DNA of 64,000 bases from Acidobacteriota bacterium (GCA_022822745.1 JAJEAO010000006.1:9509-73508), one strand, 5' to 3'. Counted from the stretch's first letter, positions 18,018 to 27,760 are shown. A program made the numbers and translations. Notes: generated by a model not told the origin, from the sequence alone.

Positions 18018-19362
18018 AGCGTCCTCGGAGGAGCGACATCATCGTCTGGTGAAGGCGGCCCGAACTCTCGGGATTGAAGTGGGCCGACTTCACGTCGCCG
18101 GTGTGGTCGATCAGGAGCATGACGCCGTCGTTCTCGGAGGACCGTCGTGATCCGCCCCCTCCCCGCAGCGGGACCTCGGTGCTCCGGAGCGTCGGCGGCT
18201 CGTAGATCGCCTCCTCCGAGGCGCTCCGCCGAACCGCGACGAGGAACGGCGCCAGATCGTGCATCAGGTAGTCGAAGTCGGTCTCGAAGGCGACCTCGAA
18301 GGAGGCGCGCGACGCCTCCGCTTCCTCGCGCAGGGCGTGGAAGAACCCGAGCTGCAGGTGCGCTTCCGCGTCGCGGGGACGCAGGTCGAGCACCGCCTGG
18401 TAGAGGCCCTCGGCATCCTCGAGGTTGCCGTTCAGGGAGTGGGACCGGGCGAGGAGCCGCAGCGCCCGCAGGTTCGAGGGGTTCTGGAGGAGAACTTCGC
18501 CGAGTTCCTCGATGGCGAGTTCCAGGTCGCGCGACCCGAGATGGGCCTCGCCCACGAGGAGCCGGACCTCGTTCCGGTGCCGGTCCGAAACCGGCATGAA
18601 GGTGGACAGCCAGTTGATCGCCTGGGCGAACTTGCCGTCCTCGATGTACCGGCGCGCCTGACGGATGGGGTCCTCGACACCGACGATCATCTCGAGCGGC
18701 GGGTCGGGGCGGGTCGGCCGCAGCATGAAGTGGCGCTGCGGAACCACCGACGACTCGGAGAGGCTGGTGGCGAGCGCCGGATAGGTCAGCGAGAGCCGGT
18801 CCATCGCCTGGTCGAAGTCGTCGAGGACGCGGAGCTTCTGCCCCTCGTACACCATGCCCTGGCGCTCGGCGGCGGCCCGGATCGTGCCGATGTACACCGG
18901 ACGGTCCGGCGGCACGGCGATGAGCGGGTCCGATGTCTCGTGCGCTCGGGGGGCGACGCTGAACCGCTGCCGGATCGGCCGGAACCGCCTGGGATTCATC
19001 GGGCGGATGTTCGGGAAATACACGGCCTCGATCCCGCGGACCTCGTACACCCCCGGCTCGACGAGCTCGTGGATCAGCCCCAGACCGTCGTCAATGGACA
19101 GCCGCTCTTCCCTGCCGGTGTCGCGGTGGCGCACGACGAGGCGGCGCGACCGGAAGTCGGGGCTCTCGAACTTGCCGACGAAGCGGCCGATCACGAGGGA
19201 CTTGCCGTCGCGGAGCACTTCGGGCCAGACCTGATCGCGGGACGGCCGTTCGGCGACGGCGAGTCCCGCTGTCATGAGGATCGCGAGCGCAGCCCCGGCG
19301 GAGCGACGGAGCCAGACCCTGGAAGGAGATTCGGAGACAGTCACTGCGCGGGATCGTCTCAC
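17944..19362 (-). CDS. Secreted TPR-repeat protein
   Basis: Signal peptide (AALAILMTAGLAVA) and TPR-like helical repeats (AEAHLQLGFFHALREEAEA, NLRALRLLARSH). Confidence 0.55.
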   Translation of the reverse strand: MRRSRAVTVSESPSRVWLRRSAGAALAILMTAGLAVAERPSRDQVWPEVLRDGKSLVIGRFVGKFESPDFRSRRLVVRHRDTGREERLSIDDGLGLIHELVEPGVYEVRGIEAVYFPNIRPMNPRRFRPIRQRFSVAPRAHETSDPLIAVPPDRPVYIGTIRAAAERQGMVYEGQKLRVLDDFDQAMDRLSLTYPALATSLSESSVVPQRHFMLRPTRPDPPLEMIVGVEDPIRQARRYIEDGKFAQAINWLSTFMPVSDRHRNEVRLLVGEAHLGSRDLELAIEELGEVLLQNPSNLRALRLLARSHSLNGNLEDAEGLYQAVLDLRPRDAEAHLQLGFFHALREEAEASRASFEVAFETDFDYLMHDLAPFLVAVRRSASEEAIYEPPTLRSTEVPLRGGGGSRRSSENDGVMLLIDHTGDVKSAHFNPESSGRLHQTMMSLLRGRFSPATLNGIAVPAVMAFGFLGGER

Positions 19363-19393
19363 TCTTTCGGGCCGGGATTCAACCGCCGCGATC

Positions 19394-20734
19394 TCACTCC
19401 AGCCCGAGGAGGATCAGGAACACGACCGCGAGCGCGTGGACCGCGAGCGGCGTCTCCCGGGCTTTCCCGGCGACGATGTGGAGGACGGACCACGCGATGA
19501 AGCCGGCGCTGATCCCGTTCGTGATGCTCGTGGTGAGGGGCATCCCGACGACGGTGACGAACGCGGGGATCGCGACGAGGGGCCGATCCCAGGCGATGTC
19601 CCGAACCTGCGGCATCATGAAGACGCCGACCAGGATCAGCACCGGCGCCACGACCGGGTAGATCGTCTCCGAGCCCAGGGGCACGCCCCCCACGAGGGAC
19701 AGCAGCGGGTTCACGAAGACGCAGAGGAACAGCAGCGCGGAGGTCGCGAGCGCGGCGAGCCCGGTGCGTCCGCCGGCGGCCACGCCGGAGGCGCTCTCGA
19801 TGTAGGTCGTCACCGTCGAGGTGCCGAGCACGCTCCCGGCGATCGTCCCGCCGGCGTCGGCGGCGAAGGCGGCCTCGGAACCGGGGAGCTTTCCGTCGCG
19901 CATGAGCCCGGTGCGCGAACCGACGCCGACGAGGGTTCCCACGGTGTCGAACATGTCCACGAGGAGGAGAACCAGGACCGCCGCGACCCAGGTCGGCGCC
20001 GCGAACAGGCCGCCGAAGTCGAGGGCGAGGAACGTCGGCGCCAGGGAGGTCGGCGCCGCGACGACCCCGGTGAACTCGGTGAGCCCGAACGCGGCGGCGA
20101 CGGCGCCCGAAGTCGCCGCCGCCAGGATCAGCGCTCCCGGGACTCGCCGCACGGTGAGAGCGGCGCCCACCCCGAGGCCCGCGAGCGCCGCCACCACGGG
20201 CGGCGCCGCCAGATCGCCGAGCCCGATGTAGGCCCCCGGCGTCGCGACCAGGATCCCCGCCCACCGGAGTCCGATCACGGCGATCATGAGGCCGATCCCG
20301 GCCACGATCGCGCTGCGAAGCGGGGCCGGGACGATCGTGATGATCCGCGACCGGAGCCGGAACAGCGACCCGGCGAGAAACAGCACCCCTGCGAGGAAGG
20401 TGGCCGCGAGCGCCTGCTGCCAGCTCAGGCCGAAGCCTCCGGCCGCCGCGGGAGCGCAGAGCGTGAAGGCGAAGAAGAAGTTGAGCCCCATGCCGGGGGC
20501 GAGGGCCAGCGGCAGTCGGGCGAAGAGGCCGGCGGCGAGGGTCGCGAGGCCAGCGGCCACCGCCGTGGCGACGAGGACCGCTCCCCGATCCATCCCGGCG
20601 AGGCCGAGCACGATCGGGTTCACGAGCACGATGTAGGAGAGCGCCACGAAGGTCGTGACGCCTGCGAGCAGCTCGCGGCCGATCGTGCTGCCGCGCGCGG
20701 TGACCCCGAAGGCGCGGTCGAGTGCCTGTCTCAT
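19394..20734 (-). CDS. NCS2-family purine permease (AzgA-like adenine/guanine/hypoxanthine transporter)
   Basis: 446 aa with 12+ TM segments and typical NCS2/AzgA stretches (FVALSYIVLVNP, GMGLNFFFAFT, TTYIESASGVAAGGRTGL). Confidence 0.9.
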   Translation of the reverse strand: MRQALDRAFGVTARGSTIGRELLAGVTTFVALSYIVLVNPIVLGLAGMDRGAVLVATAVAAGLATLAAGLFARLPLALAPGMGLNFFFAFTLCAPAAAGGFGLSWQQALAATFLAGVLFLAGSLFRLRSRIITIVPAPLRSAIVAGIGLMIAVIGLRWAGILVATPGAYIGLGDLAAPPVVAALAGLGVGAALTVRRVPGALILAAATSGAVAAAFGLTEFTGVVAAPTSLAPTFLALDFGGLFAAPTWVAAVLVLLLVDMFDTVGTLVGVGSRTGLMRDGKLPGSEAAFAADAGGTIAGSVLGTSTVTTYIESASGVAAGGRTGLAALATSALLFLCVFVNPLLSLVGGVPLGSETIYPVVAPVLILVGVFMMPQVRDIAWDRPLVAIPAFVTVVGMPLTTSITNGISAGFIAWSVLHIVAGKARETPLAVHALAVVFLILLGLE

Positions 20735-21003
20735 GGCGGTGGTCCTCCCTCACCGGCGGATTCCCCGATCCGGGCCCGAACACTCCCGGACTTCCGCGCG
20801 CGATGGAGCGCGAGAGTACCGGAGCGAACTCCCGACCGGGGCGCGGCGGAGGAACCCGGATCCTCCGGGGGATCGCCCGACTCCCGGTCCGCCCGAAGTC
20901 GCTGAGGGGCGCCGGATGGGCGCTCCCGGGATCCGGACGCTGGCCCGCTCCCGATGCGACCGACTCCGCGCGCTGCCCGGAGCCCCCGACTCCAGTCCGC
21001 GAC

Positions 21004-21050
21004 TTCCGGGGGCTTCGGGAACTTTCCGGGGGGACTTTCCGGGGGCTTCC
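21004..21050. repeat. Four TTCCGGGGG-type repeats plus an AGCCCCCG/CGGGGGCT inverted repeat in the HEAT-gene 3' region / purine-permease 5' region
   Basis: Read as cttccgggggcttcgggaactttccggggggactttccgggggcttccggg. Confidence 0.6.
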
Positions 21051-21053
21051 GGG

Positions 21054-22394
21054 CTACCGCGCCGGAGGACCGCCCTCCTCGACCGGTCCCCGGAGTCTCC
21101 GGACGGCCAGCCGCGCTCGCGCCGCCGCCTGGTCGTCCGCCCGCGCCGCGAACGCCTCGAGGGCCGGCGCCGCCGCCGGGTCGCCGAGCCGCTCGAGGAG
21201 ATCCACCAGCGCCAGGCGCACGTTCCGATCCGGGTCGTCCAGATAGGCCGTCAGCTCGTCCACCAGCGGGGCGCCGAGCTCGATCAGGTAGGCGCGCGCC
21301 ACCTCCGCGTCCGCCGAGTCGGCGAGCGAAAGCACGAGCCGGTCCACGAACGGCATCTCGCCGAGCCGCGCCAGCGAGAAGCAGAAGGCGAGCTGCACCC
21401 TCCGGTCCTCCTCGCGCAGGAAGTCGCGGATCAGCCCGTCCACCAGCGTCTCGTCGCCGAGCCGTCCGATTCCGGCGGCGGCCGCCGCCCGGCGCCGATC
21501 ATCGCGGCTCGCCAGCTCGTGGTAGAGCGTGCCGCGCGCCAGGGGAGTGCCGGATCGCGCCAGGGCAACGAGCGCCCGCAGCCCGTCGCCTCCCTCCGGA
21601 TCCTCGTCGTAGATCCCGATCAGGCGCTCCGCCGCCGCTGGATGGGGCGTCTCGCCCAGGGCCTCCAGCGCGGTCCGCCGCAACCGGTCGTCGCCGAGGA
21701 ACTGGAACAGGAGCTCGCCCGCCTCCTCCCCTCCCAGTTCGCCGAGGGACCGCACCGCCTCGCGCGCGACCTCATCGTCCGGATCCGATGCGGCGGCGCT
21801 CCCGAGCGCCGCAATGGACGCCGCCGAACCGAGCGCTCCCAGCCCGACGGCCGCGCGTCGCCGCACTTCCCTGTCTTCGTCGCCGGTGAGGCGGCCGCCG
21901 ATCCTCTCGACGACGACGGGGTCCACGGGCCGGAGCGGATCGAGAACGAACTCCGCTTCCCGACGCATGAGCCAGTTCAGGGCGCGCGTCGAAAAACCGG
22001 CGGGGGCTTCGCGCCCGTGAATCGCGACCAGGCCGGTCAGAGCCTCCCGCCGATGGTCCCGCTCCTCGTCCTCGAGGAACCGGAGCAGCACCGGCGCGGC
22101 GTCCGGGCGACGCAGCGCCGCGAGCGACCCGATGGCCGCGCGGCGCACCGCCCGCTCCGGATCCTCGGCGACCCCGGCGAGAGCGGCCACCGCGCTCTCC
22201 GACCCGTTCTCGCCGAGAGCCACGACGGCGTCGCGACGCACCCTGGGATCCGCGCTGGCGAGCCGGATCGTCAGCTCCTCCACGCTCGACTGCGCCGACG
22301 CGCCCGCGGCGACGAGCAGGAAAGCGCCGATGCAGATCGCGACCAGCAGCCGGACGCCGAGCCGAAGCGCGGTCAGACGCCCGAACGGGAGCAC
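21054..22394 (-). CDS. HEAT-repeat (PBS-lyase-like) protein with N-terminal signal/TM
   Basis: Repeated RVRRDAVVALG, VRRAAIGSLA, VRRRAAVGLGALG and VAREAVRSLGELG HEAT units. Confidence 0.75.
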   Translation of the reverse strand: MLPFGRLTALRLGVRLLVAICIGAFLLVAAGASAQSSVEELTIRLASADPRVRRDAVVALGENGSESAVAALAGVAEDPERAVRRAAIGSLAALRRPDAAPVLLRFLEDEERDHRREALTGLVAIHGREAPAGFSTRALNWLMRREAEFVLDPLRPVDPVVVERIGGRLTGDEDREVRRRAAVGLGALGSAASIAALGSAAASDPDDEVAREAVRSLGELGGEEAGELLFQFLGDDRLRRTALEALGETPHPAAAERLIGIYDEDPEGGDGLRALVALARSGTPLARGTLYHELASRDDRRRAAAAAGIGRLGDETLVDGLIRDFLREEDRRVQLAFCFSLARLGEMPFVDRLVLSLADSADAEVARAYLIELGAPLVDELTAYLDDPDRNVRLALVDLLERLGDPAAAPALEAFAARADDQAAARARLAVRRLRGPVEEGGPPAR

Positions 22395-22404
22395 GTCCGC
22401 CGGA

Positions 22405-24087
22405 TCACTCGCTGGCCGACGCCCCGGCGAGGAAGGCCTCGGGGTCGTTCAGCAGCAGGGCCGCCCGCGGCATCGCTCCCAGAGCCGCGCGAATCTGCGG
22501 ATCCCGGTCCAGCGTCGCGCTCCGCGCCGGCCCGGGCCCCCACAGCAGGCTGAACACTTCGGTGTCGATGCGCAGGGCGACCCGGTCCCGGTGCTCGTCG
22601 AGACCGACCCGGTCGTAGGGGATCTCCTCTTCGTCGAGGAAGGCGTAGAACTCCTCCAGCGTCGCATCGTCGGCCCGGAAGTCCTGGTCCACGGAACGGA
22701 TCTGGTCGCCGCGAGCCTGGAGCTCGTCCGGCCGGATGCCGGCGCCATCCACCGCGCCCCGCCCGTCGGCGGGGGCGAACCGGGTCGCGAACCGGAAGAA
22801 CGCGCCGTGCCGCTCGACGGCCAGGAGCGGCTCCGGAATCTCCGGTGAAGGGACCGTGATGTCGGGGCCGATGCCGCCGCCGCCGGAAATCTCGCGGCCG
22901 AGCGCGGTCACGATCACGGTGCCGGCTTCGTCGTTCGAGTCGTGCTCGCCGCGCCCCTCGTAGTACGCGAGGAAGTCTCCCGATTCGTAGTCGCGCTGGA
23001 TTCCTCGTCCGCTCGGCGTGAAGTACTCGGCCGAGGTGAGCCCGAGCGCGTAGCCCTGGGGCAACTGGAAGACGGACTGGACGAGGCCCTTGCCGTAGGT
23101 GTTCTCTCCGAGGATCAGCCCCCGGTCGTGGTCCTGAACCGCGCCGGCGACGATCTCGGAGGCGGAAGCGCTCTCGCGGGACACGAGCACCACGAGCGGC
23201 AGGTCCGCATGAGCGCTGGGTTTCGCCGCGTGGAACACCTGGTCGTTCTCGGAATGGCGTCCTCGGATCGAGACGACTTCCGCGCCCTGCTTCAGGAAGA
23301 CGTTGGAAACCGCGACCGCCTGGTTCAGGAGCCCACCCGGGTTCTGGCGCAGATCCACCACGAGTCGGGTCGCGCCCTGGAGCCGAAGCTCCACGATCGC
23401 TTCGTCGAGCTCGGTCTCGGTGTTCTCGTTGAAGTCGGAGATCCGGACGTAGCCGGTCGCTTCGGTGCTCGCCGGGTCGTCGAGAACGAAGAAGTAGGGA
23501 ACGCTCTTCAGGGGGATCCGGTCGCGGATCACGGTGAATTCGAGCGGGGCGTCGTAACCGGGCCGCGTGATCGTGATCTGCACCGGCGTTCCCCGGGGGC
23601 CGCGAAGGAGGTTGACCGCCTCGTCCATCGTGTATTCCGTCGCATCCACCCCCTCGATGCGCGAAATGACGTCCGCGGCGCGGATCCCGAGCCGGTAGGC
23701 GGGAGTCCCCTCGAACGGCGAGACGACGGTCAGGAGACCGTTGCGCTCCTGGACCCGGATGCCGAGGCCCACGTACTCCCCCTGCTGGCGCTCGCGCATC
23801 TGCCGGTAGTTGCGCGGCACGAACAGGCTCGAATGCGGATCGAGGCGCCGGAGCATCCCCGCCACCGTCGCCCTCGTCACGGTCTCGATCGGGATCTCCC
23901 GCACATAGGCGGTCTCGATGGCTCGGAGCACGTTCGCGTGGCGCTGGATCAGCGGCCGGAACTCGTCGCCGGAGACCCGTCCGGGCGCCGGGCGCGGCCC
24001 GAGAACGGTGGCGCCGATCACGCCTCCGACCGCGACCGGCAGGATCAGGGACAGGACACCGCGGCGGAATCTCGGCATGAAACCCAT
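22405..24087 (-). CDS. ctpA: Carboxyl-terminal processing protease (S41 family)
   Basis: PDZ domain plus the S41 catalytic region (GLILGENTYGKGLVQSV, VLVSRESASASEI). Confidence 0.9.
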   Translation of the reverse strand: MGFMPRFRRGVLSLILPVAVGGVIGATVLGPRPAPGRVSGDEFRPLIQRHANVLRAIETAYVREIPIETVTRATVAGMLRRLDPHSSLFVPRNYRQMRERQQGEYVGLGIRVQERNGLLTVVSPFEGTPAYRLGIRAADVISRIEGVDATEYTMDEAVNLLRGPRGTPVQITITRPGYDAPLEFTVIRDRIPLKSVPYFFVLDDPASTEATGYVRISDFNENTETELDEAIVELRLQGATRLVVDLRQNPGGLLNQAVAVSNVFLKQGAEVVSIRGRHSENDQVFHAAKPSAHADLPLVVLVSRESASASEIVAGAVQDHDRGLILGENTYGKGLVQSVFQLPQGYALGLTSAEYFTPSGRGIQRDYESGDFLAYYEGRGEHDSNDEAGTVIVTALGREISGGGGIGPDITVPSPEIPEPLLAVERHGAFFRFATRFAPADGRGAVDGAGIRPDELQARGDQIRSVDQDFRADDATLEEFYAFLDEEEIPYDRVGLDEHRDRVALRIDTEVFSLLWGPGPARSATLDRDPQIRAALGAMPRAALLLNDPEAFLAGASASE

Positions 24088-24096
24088 CCTAGCCGA

Positions 24097-24903
24097 TCAG
24101 CCCTCGTCCCCGTCGGCCCGGCTCCGGCCGCGCAATCGGTTGCCCACCCAGGTGATCCCGATGGAAAGGACGTAGAGCACGATCATCGGCCCCGCCAGGA
24201 TGATCTGGGTCGTGGGATCCGGAGGCGTGAGAAGCGCCGCCAGGACGAAGATCACCAGGATCGCGTACTTGAAGTACCGGAGCATGAACGACGGCGTGAT
24301 GAGTCCGAGTCGGGACAGCAGGAGCGCCAGCGATGGAATCTGGAACACGACCGCCGTGCCGATCACGAGGCGGGCGTAGAAGCTGAACACCTCGGACACC
24401 CGGTACCGGATCTCGATCTCCTCTCCGCCACCCCCGAACGTGCCGAGGAAGTTGGCCGCCGCCGGGAACAGCACGTAGTGGCAGAACACCGCGCCCGCGA
24501 TGAAGAACGCCGAGCCGATCACGATGAACGGCATCGCGAGCCGGCGCTCGTGGGTGTAGAGGCCCGGCGCCACGAATCCCCACACCTGACCCAGCCAGGC
24601 CGGGGTGGAGATGACGAGCGCCACCAGGAAGCTCATCTTGAGCCCCAGGACGAAGATCTCCGGCGGCGTCGTCGCGATCAGTTCGCCGCCGAGCGGTTCG
24701 ATGACCTCTCGGAGGGGCTGCATCAGGAAGGTGAAGATCTGCCGGTAGAAGAAGAAGCAGCCGACGAACGCCACCAGGATGGCGATCGCGGCGCGGATGA
24801 GCCGCCGGCGCAGCTCGTCGAGGTGCTCGAGGAAGGTCATGCGGTCCTCGGGCCGCTCGGCGGCGGATTCAGATGTAGGGGGCACCGGTTCCCGGTCGCT
24901 CAC
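24097..24903 (-). CDS. tatC: Twin-arginine translocase subunit TatC
   Basis: About 6 TM segments with MTFLEHLDELRRRLI and LTPPDPTTQ motifs. Confidence 0.9.
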   Translation of the reverse strand: MSDREPVPPTSESAAERPEDRMTFLEHLDELRRRLIRAAIAILVAFVGCFFFYRQIFTFLMQPLREVIEPLGGELIATTPPEIFVLGLKMSFLVALVISTPAWLGQVWGFVAPGLYTHERRLAMPFIVIGSAFFIAGAVFCHYVLFPAAANFLGTFGGGGEEIEIRYRVSEVFSFYARLVIGTAVVFQIPSLALLLSRLGLITPSFMLRYFKYAILVIFVLAALLTPPDPTTQIILAGPMIVLYVLSIGITWVGNRLRGRSRADGDEG

Positions 24904-25292
24904 GCGGACGAAGATCCCTTCGTCGCGGCGGCCTCGGGGGACTCGCTCTCCTCCGATTCGGGCGGGGCCGTCTTCCGCCCGTCCGCCGCCGCCGTCTTCG
25001 GCTCCGCAGGCTTCGAGGGGGCCGCCGCGGGACCGCTCGGACCCGACGATGAGGGTTGCGGACGGGCGTCCGGGTCGAGTTCCTTCCCGAGATCGCGCCC
25101 CAGGCCGGCTACCTCCTGGCGAGCCTGCCGGAACTCCTCCATCTGCACCTCGCGCTCGAGAGTGTTCCTGAGCTGCTGGCTCTGGCTTCGGAACTCGCGG
25201 ACGGTCTTGCCGAGGGTCTTCCCGATCGTGGGCAGCTTTCTCGGGCCGAAGACGATCAGGGCGACGCCCATGATGATGAGCAGCTCCTGCAT
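24900..25292 (-). CDS. tatA: Twin-arginine translocase subunit TatA/E (or TatB-like with an acidic tail)
   Basis: MQELLIIMGVALIVFGPRKLPTIGKTLGKTVREF. Start ATG at 25290-25292; the longer ORF extension is rejected. Confidence 0.85.
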   Translation of the reverse strand: MQELLIIMGVALIVFGPRKLPTIGKTLGKTVREFRSQSQQLRNTLEREVQMEEFRQARQEVAGLGRDLGKELDPDARPQPSSSGPSGPAAAPSKPAEPKTAAADGRKTAPPESEESESPEAAATKGSSSA

Positions 25293-25364
25293 TCCGAGGG
25301 GGCCGAAGAGAAGCGGCAAGGGGGCGAGATGGATCACGGCAGCGGAGATTCTACGGAGCCGGCG

Positions 25365-25540
25365 GAACCGATGCGCCGCGCGAGAGGAGCCCGGCCCCTG
25401 CCGGCGCGCCACGCGAGACGAGCCCGGCCCCTGCCGGCGCGTCGGGCCGATTCTCGCGGTAGCGGCCCTGCCCGGCACGGATGCCGGGCGCAACCGATGC
25501 GCCGCGCGAGAAGAGCCCGGCCCCTGCCGGCGCGTCGGGG
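25365..25540. repeat. Intergenic repeat cluster between tatA and ubiE: three copies of cgcgagaNgagcccggcccctgccggcgcg (each with a CCGGC-cccT-GCCGG mini-hairpin) plus a GCCCGGCAcggaTGCCGGGC hairpin
   Basis: Copies at about 25381-25410, 25413-25443 and 25504-25534. The longer unit aaccgatgcgccgcgcgagaRgagcccggcccctgccggcgcg occurs twice (25365-25410 and 25490-25535), and the hairpin is at 25468-25487. Confidence 0.8.
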
Positions 25541-25558
25541 GCGTCAGACTTCCGGCCC

Positions 25559-26425
25559 ATGGAACCGTCGAGACCCCGGCTCGCCCCCGACGAGCGCCGA
25601 AGGACCCCGGGCGCCATCCGCCGCATGTTCGAGGCGGTGGCCCCCGGCTACGACCGGATGAACCGCCTGCTCAGCTTCGGCCTGGATCAGGGCTGGCGAA
25701 GGGCGGCGCTGCGGGATCTGAAGGTGAAGCCGAACGCCCGGATCCTCGACCTCTGCTGCGGCACCGGAGATCTGGGGCTCGCCCTGCCCCGCGGGCCGCT
25801 GCGGGTGGGATGCGACTTCACGCCGGCGATGCTCGAGATCGCGGCCCGGAAGGCGAGGACCGGGCGCGTCGCGTTCCCGGTGGTCGCGGGCGACGCGATG
25901 CGCCTCCCCTTCCGTCCGGAGAGTTTCGACCGCCTGATCGTCGGCTTCGGAGCCCGCAACCTCTCTGACCTGCGCGCGGCGTTCCGGGAGATGCATCGGG
26001 TGCTGCGGCCCGGCGGCCGGGTGGTCATCCTCGAGTTCTCCCAGCCGACCGGCCGGTTCGCCCGCTGGGGGAACCGGCTCTGGCTGCGGACCGGCGTGCC
26101 GTGGCTCGCCCGGCTGCTCGCTCCCGGGCCGGACGCCTACGGATACCTGCGCGATTCGGTCCTCGAGTTTCCCGAGCCCGAGGCGATCGCGCGAACCCTC
26201 GCATCGGGGGGCTTCGAGCGCGTCTCGTGGCGCCCGCTGTGGTTCGGGACGGTCGCCATCCACTCGGGCCGCGCGGTCACCGAAGGACGTCCAGGATCGG
26301 ACCGAGGAATCGGAGCGGCCCCACCCGGGGCACCTCGGCGAGCACCGCCTTCTGCTGCATCGCTTCCTCCCACAGCCGCCGGTCGGCCCCGGCCGCCGCG
26401 ACCCGGAGCCCGACGCGCCGAGTGA
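25559..26425 (+). CDS. ubiE: Demethylmenaquinone/ubiquinone C-methyltransferase
   Basis: MFEAVAPGYDRMNRLLSFGLDQGWRR, ILDLCCGTGDL and RVLRPGGRVVILEFS motifs. The real C-terminus probably lies before 26425: the tail is low-complexity and overlaps the convergent pilin gene. Confidence 0.8.
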   Translation: MEPSRPRLAPDERRRTPGAIRRMFEAVAPGYDRMNRLLSFGLDQGWRRAALRDLKVKPNARILDLCCGTGDLGLALPRGPLRVGCDFTPAMLEIAARKARTGRVAFPVVAGDAMRLPFRPESFDRLIVGFGARNLSDLRAAFREMHRVLRPGGRVVILEFSQPTGRFARWGNRLWLRTGVPWLARLLAPGPDAYGYLRDSVLEFPEPEAIARTLASGGFERVSWRPLWFGTVAIHSGRAVTEGRPGSDRGIGAAPPGAPRRAPPSAASLPPTAAGRPRPPRPGARRAE

Positions 26426-27749
26426 AGCTGCGGCTGAGGCGGCCCTTGCCCGCTTCGTCCCCGGGATTCGCGGCGTAGCGGCCGACCGTGGAGCGCATCC
26501 GCACCGTGACCTCCACCGCCCGAACGACATGGCGACTGAGAGCTCCGGCCCCACTCATGTCACCGACGTATCCGGGCGGGTCATCGGAACCGGAGGCGGC
26601 ATCGTCGCCGGTGAAATACCGCACCTGGAAGTCCTCCACGAACGCGACTGGCTGCGGCGTCTCGTCGTCCACCTGCCGCAGCAGGAGGCGCTGCCCGTCC
26701 TCATCGGGCTCCCCCACCCGGTAGCGGATCCGCGCCACCGGCACCAGCCCCGGCTGGCCGAGGCCGAAGAGCCCGGAGCCATCGTCGAGATCCTCGTCGT
26801 CGCCGGGAAGGCTCGATCCCGGCGCCCCCCCACCGGTGGTCTTCCCGGATTTCTTCCCCTTCGCCTTCTTTCCCTTGCGGGCGCGGATGATGTCCACGAC
26901 GGCTGAAGTGAGCTTCTCGGTCACGGCCGACTTCATGACGGGGGGCACGCCCGGCAGCGCGGATTCCACGAACCCGCCGAGGAGCGCCTGCAGCGACCTT
27001 CCGATGAGGCCGCCCTGCCCCGGGGAGAACGTGCCCCCGTCCCCCGCGTGGAAGCGTCGGTGCCAGTCGCCGGGCAGCGCGCGGAGCTGCACCGACGCGC
27101 CTCCGGACGCCGGCTCGTCTCCCGCCTTCTCGCGGCCCTTCCGCAGGAGATCGGACAGCGCGCCCGAACCCTCCGACCGGACCGAGACCACTTCACCCAC
27201 GACCCATCGGGGCATGAACTTGTCGTCGTTGAACACCGCCGCCAGCGGGCGCGTTCGGGGATCGAGACCGGTGCCCGGAACCGCGAGCGTCACCCGGGTT
27301 CCGTCGAACTCGGCGACGGGCTCGAACACGACCTCGCCGAGCCGCGCCGGCGCAGCGAGGAAGTCCAGCCCATCCGGGCGACCGCCGCCGTCGCCCGCCG
27401 GACCGAGGTCGGCGAACACCGGGATTTCGGGAGGAAGCCCGGACCCCGCCCGGACGAGGTCCCGGGCGATCCGGTCCAGCGCCCCGCGCGCATCCTGGCG
27501 GATGGCGGCGAGCTCCGGCTCGAGGCGAAGCGCGCCTCCGCCGTGGCGGAACAGCAGGAGGAAGCACGCGGTGACGGCGATGGTGATCGCAAGCGCAACC
27601 ATCGCCTCCACCAGGGTGAAGCCGGTGCTCGCGCCGAGCGACCGGTCGGGTGGGGACGCGCCGCGGGGACGCGCCGGAGGCGAGGCGGGACCGGAGGATC
27701 CGGCGCCGGTTTCAGGAATACGGGGGGAGAGAAGACTCATGATCATCAT
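26277..27749 (-). CDS. Type IV pilus minor pilin / pseudopilin with a prepilin cleavage-methylation N-terminus (PilW-like)
   Basis: STGFTLVEAMVALAITIAVTACFLLLF sits about 50 aa from the proposed start (MMIMSLL at 27749), followed by a large periplasmic domain. Confidence 0.6.
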   Translation of the reverse strand: MMIMSLLSPRIPETGAGSSGPASPPARPRGASPPDRSLGASTGFTLVEAMVALAITIAVTACFLLLFRHGGGALRLEPELAAIRQDARGALDRIARDLVRAGSGLPPEIPVFADLGPAGDGGGRPDGLDFLAAPARLGEVVFEPVAEFDGTRVTLAVPGTGLDPRTRPLAAVFNDDKFMPRWVVGEVVSVRSEGSGALSDLLRKGREKAGDEPASGGASVQLRALPGDWHRRFHAGDGGTFSPGQGGLIGRSLQALLGGFVESALPGVPPVMKSAVTEKLTSAVVDIIRARKGKKAKGKKSGKTTGGGAPGSSLPGDDEDLDDGSGLFGLGQPGLVPVARIRYRVGEPDEDGQRLLLRQVDDETPQPVAFVEDFQVRYFTGDDAASGSDDPPGYVGDMSGAGALSRHVVRAVEVTVRMRSTVGRYAANPGDEAGKGRLSRSFTRRVGLRVAAAGADRRLWEEAMQQKAVLAEVPRVGPLRFLGPILDVLR

Positions 27750-27760
27750 GCCTCGGGAAG

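Noticed and set aside
20735-21053. Purine riboswitch upstream of the NCS2 permease
   Set aside because: I could not identify the conserved purine-riboswitch core by eye in this GC-rich leader, so I leave it as something to scan for, not a call.
21985-22010. GTCGAAAAACCGGCGGGGG inside the HEAT-repeat gene, resembling the pilus-associated half-site
   Set aside because: It is a single half-site inside a coding region with no partner inverted repeat, so it is probably chance.
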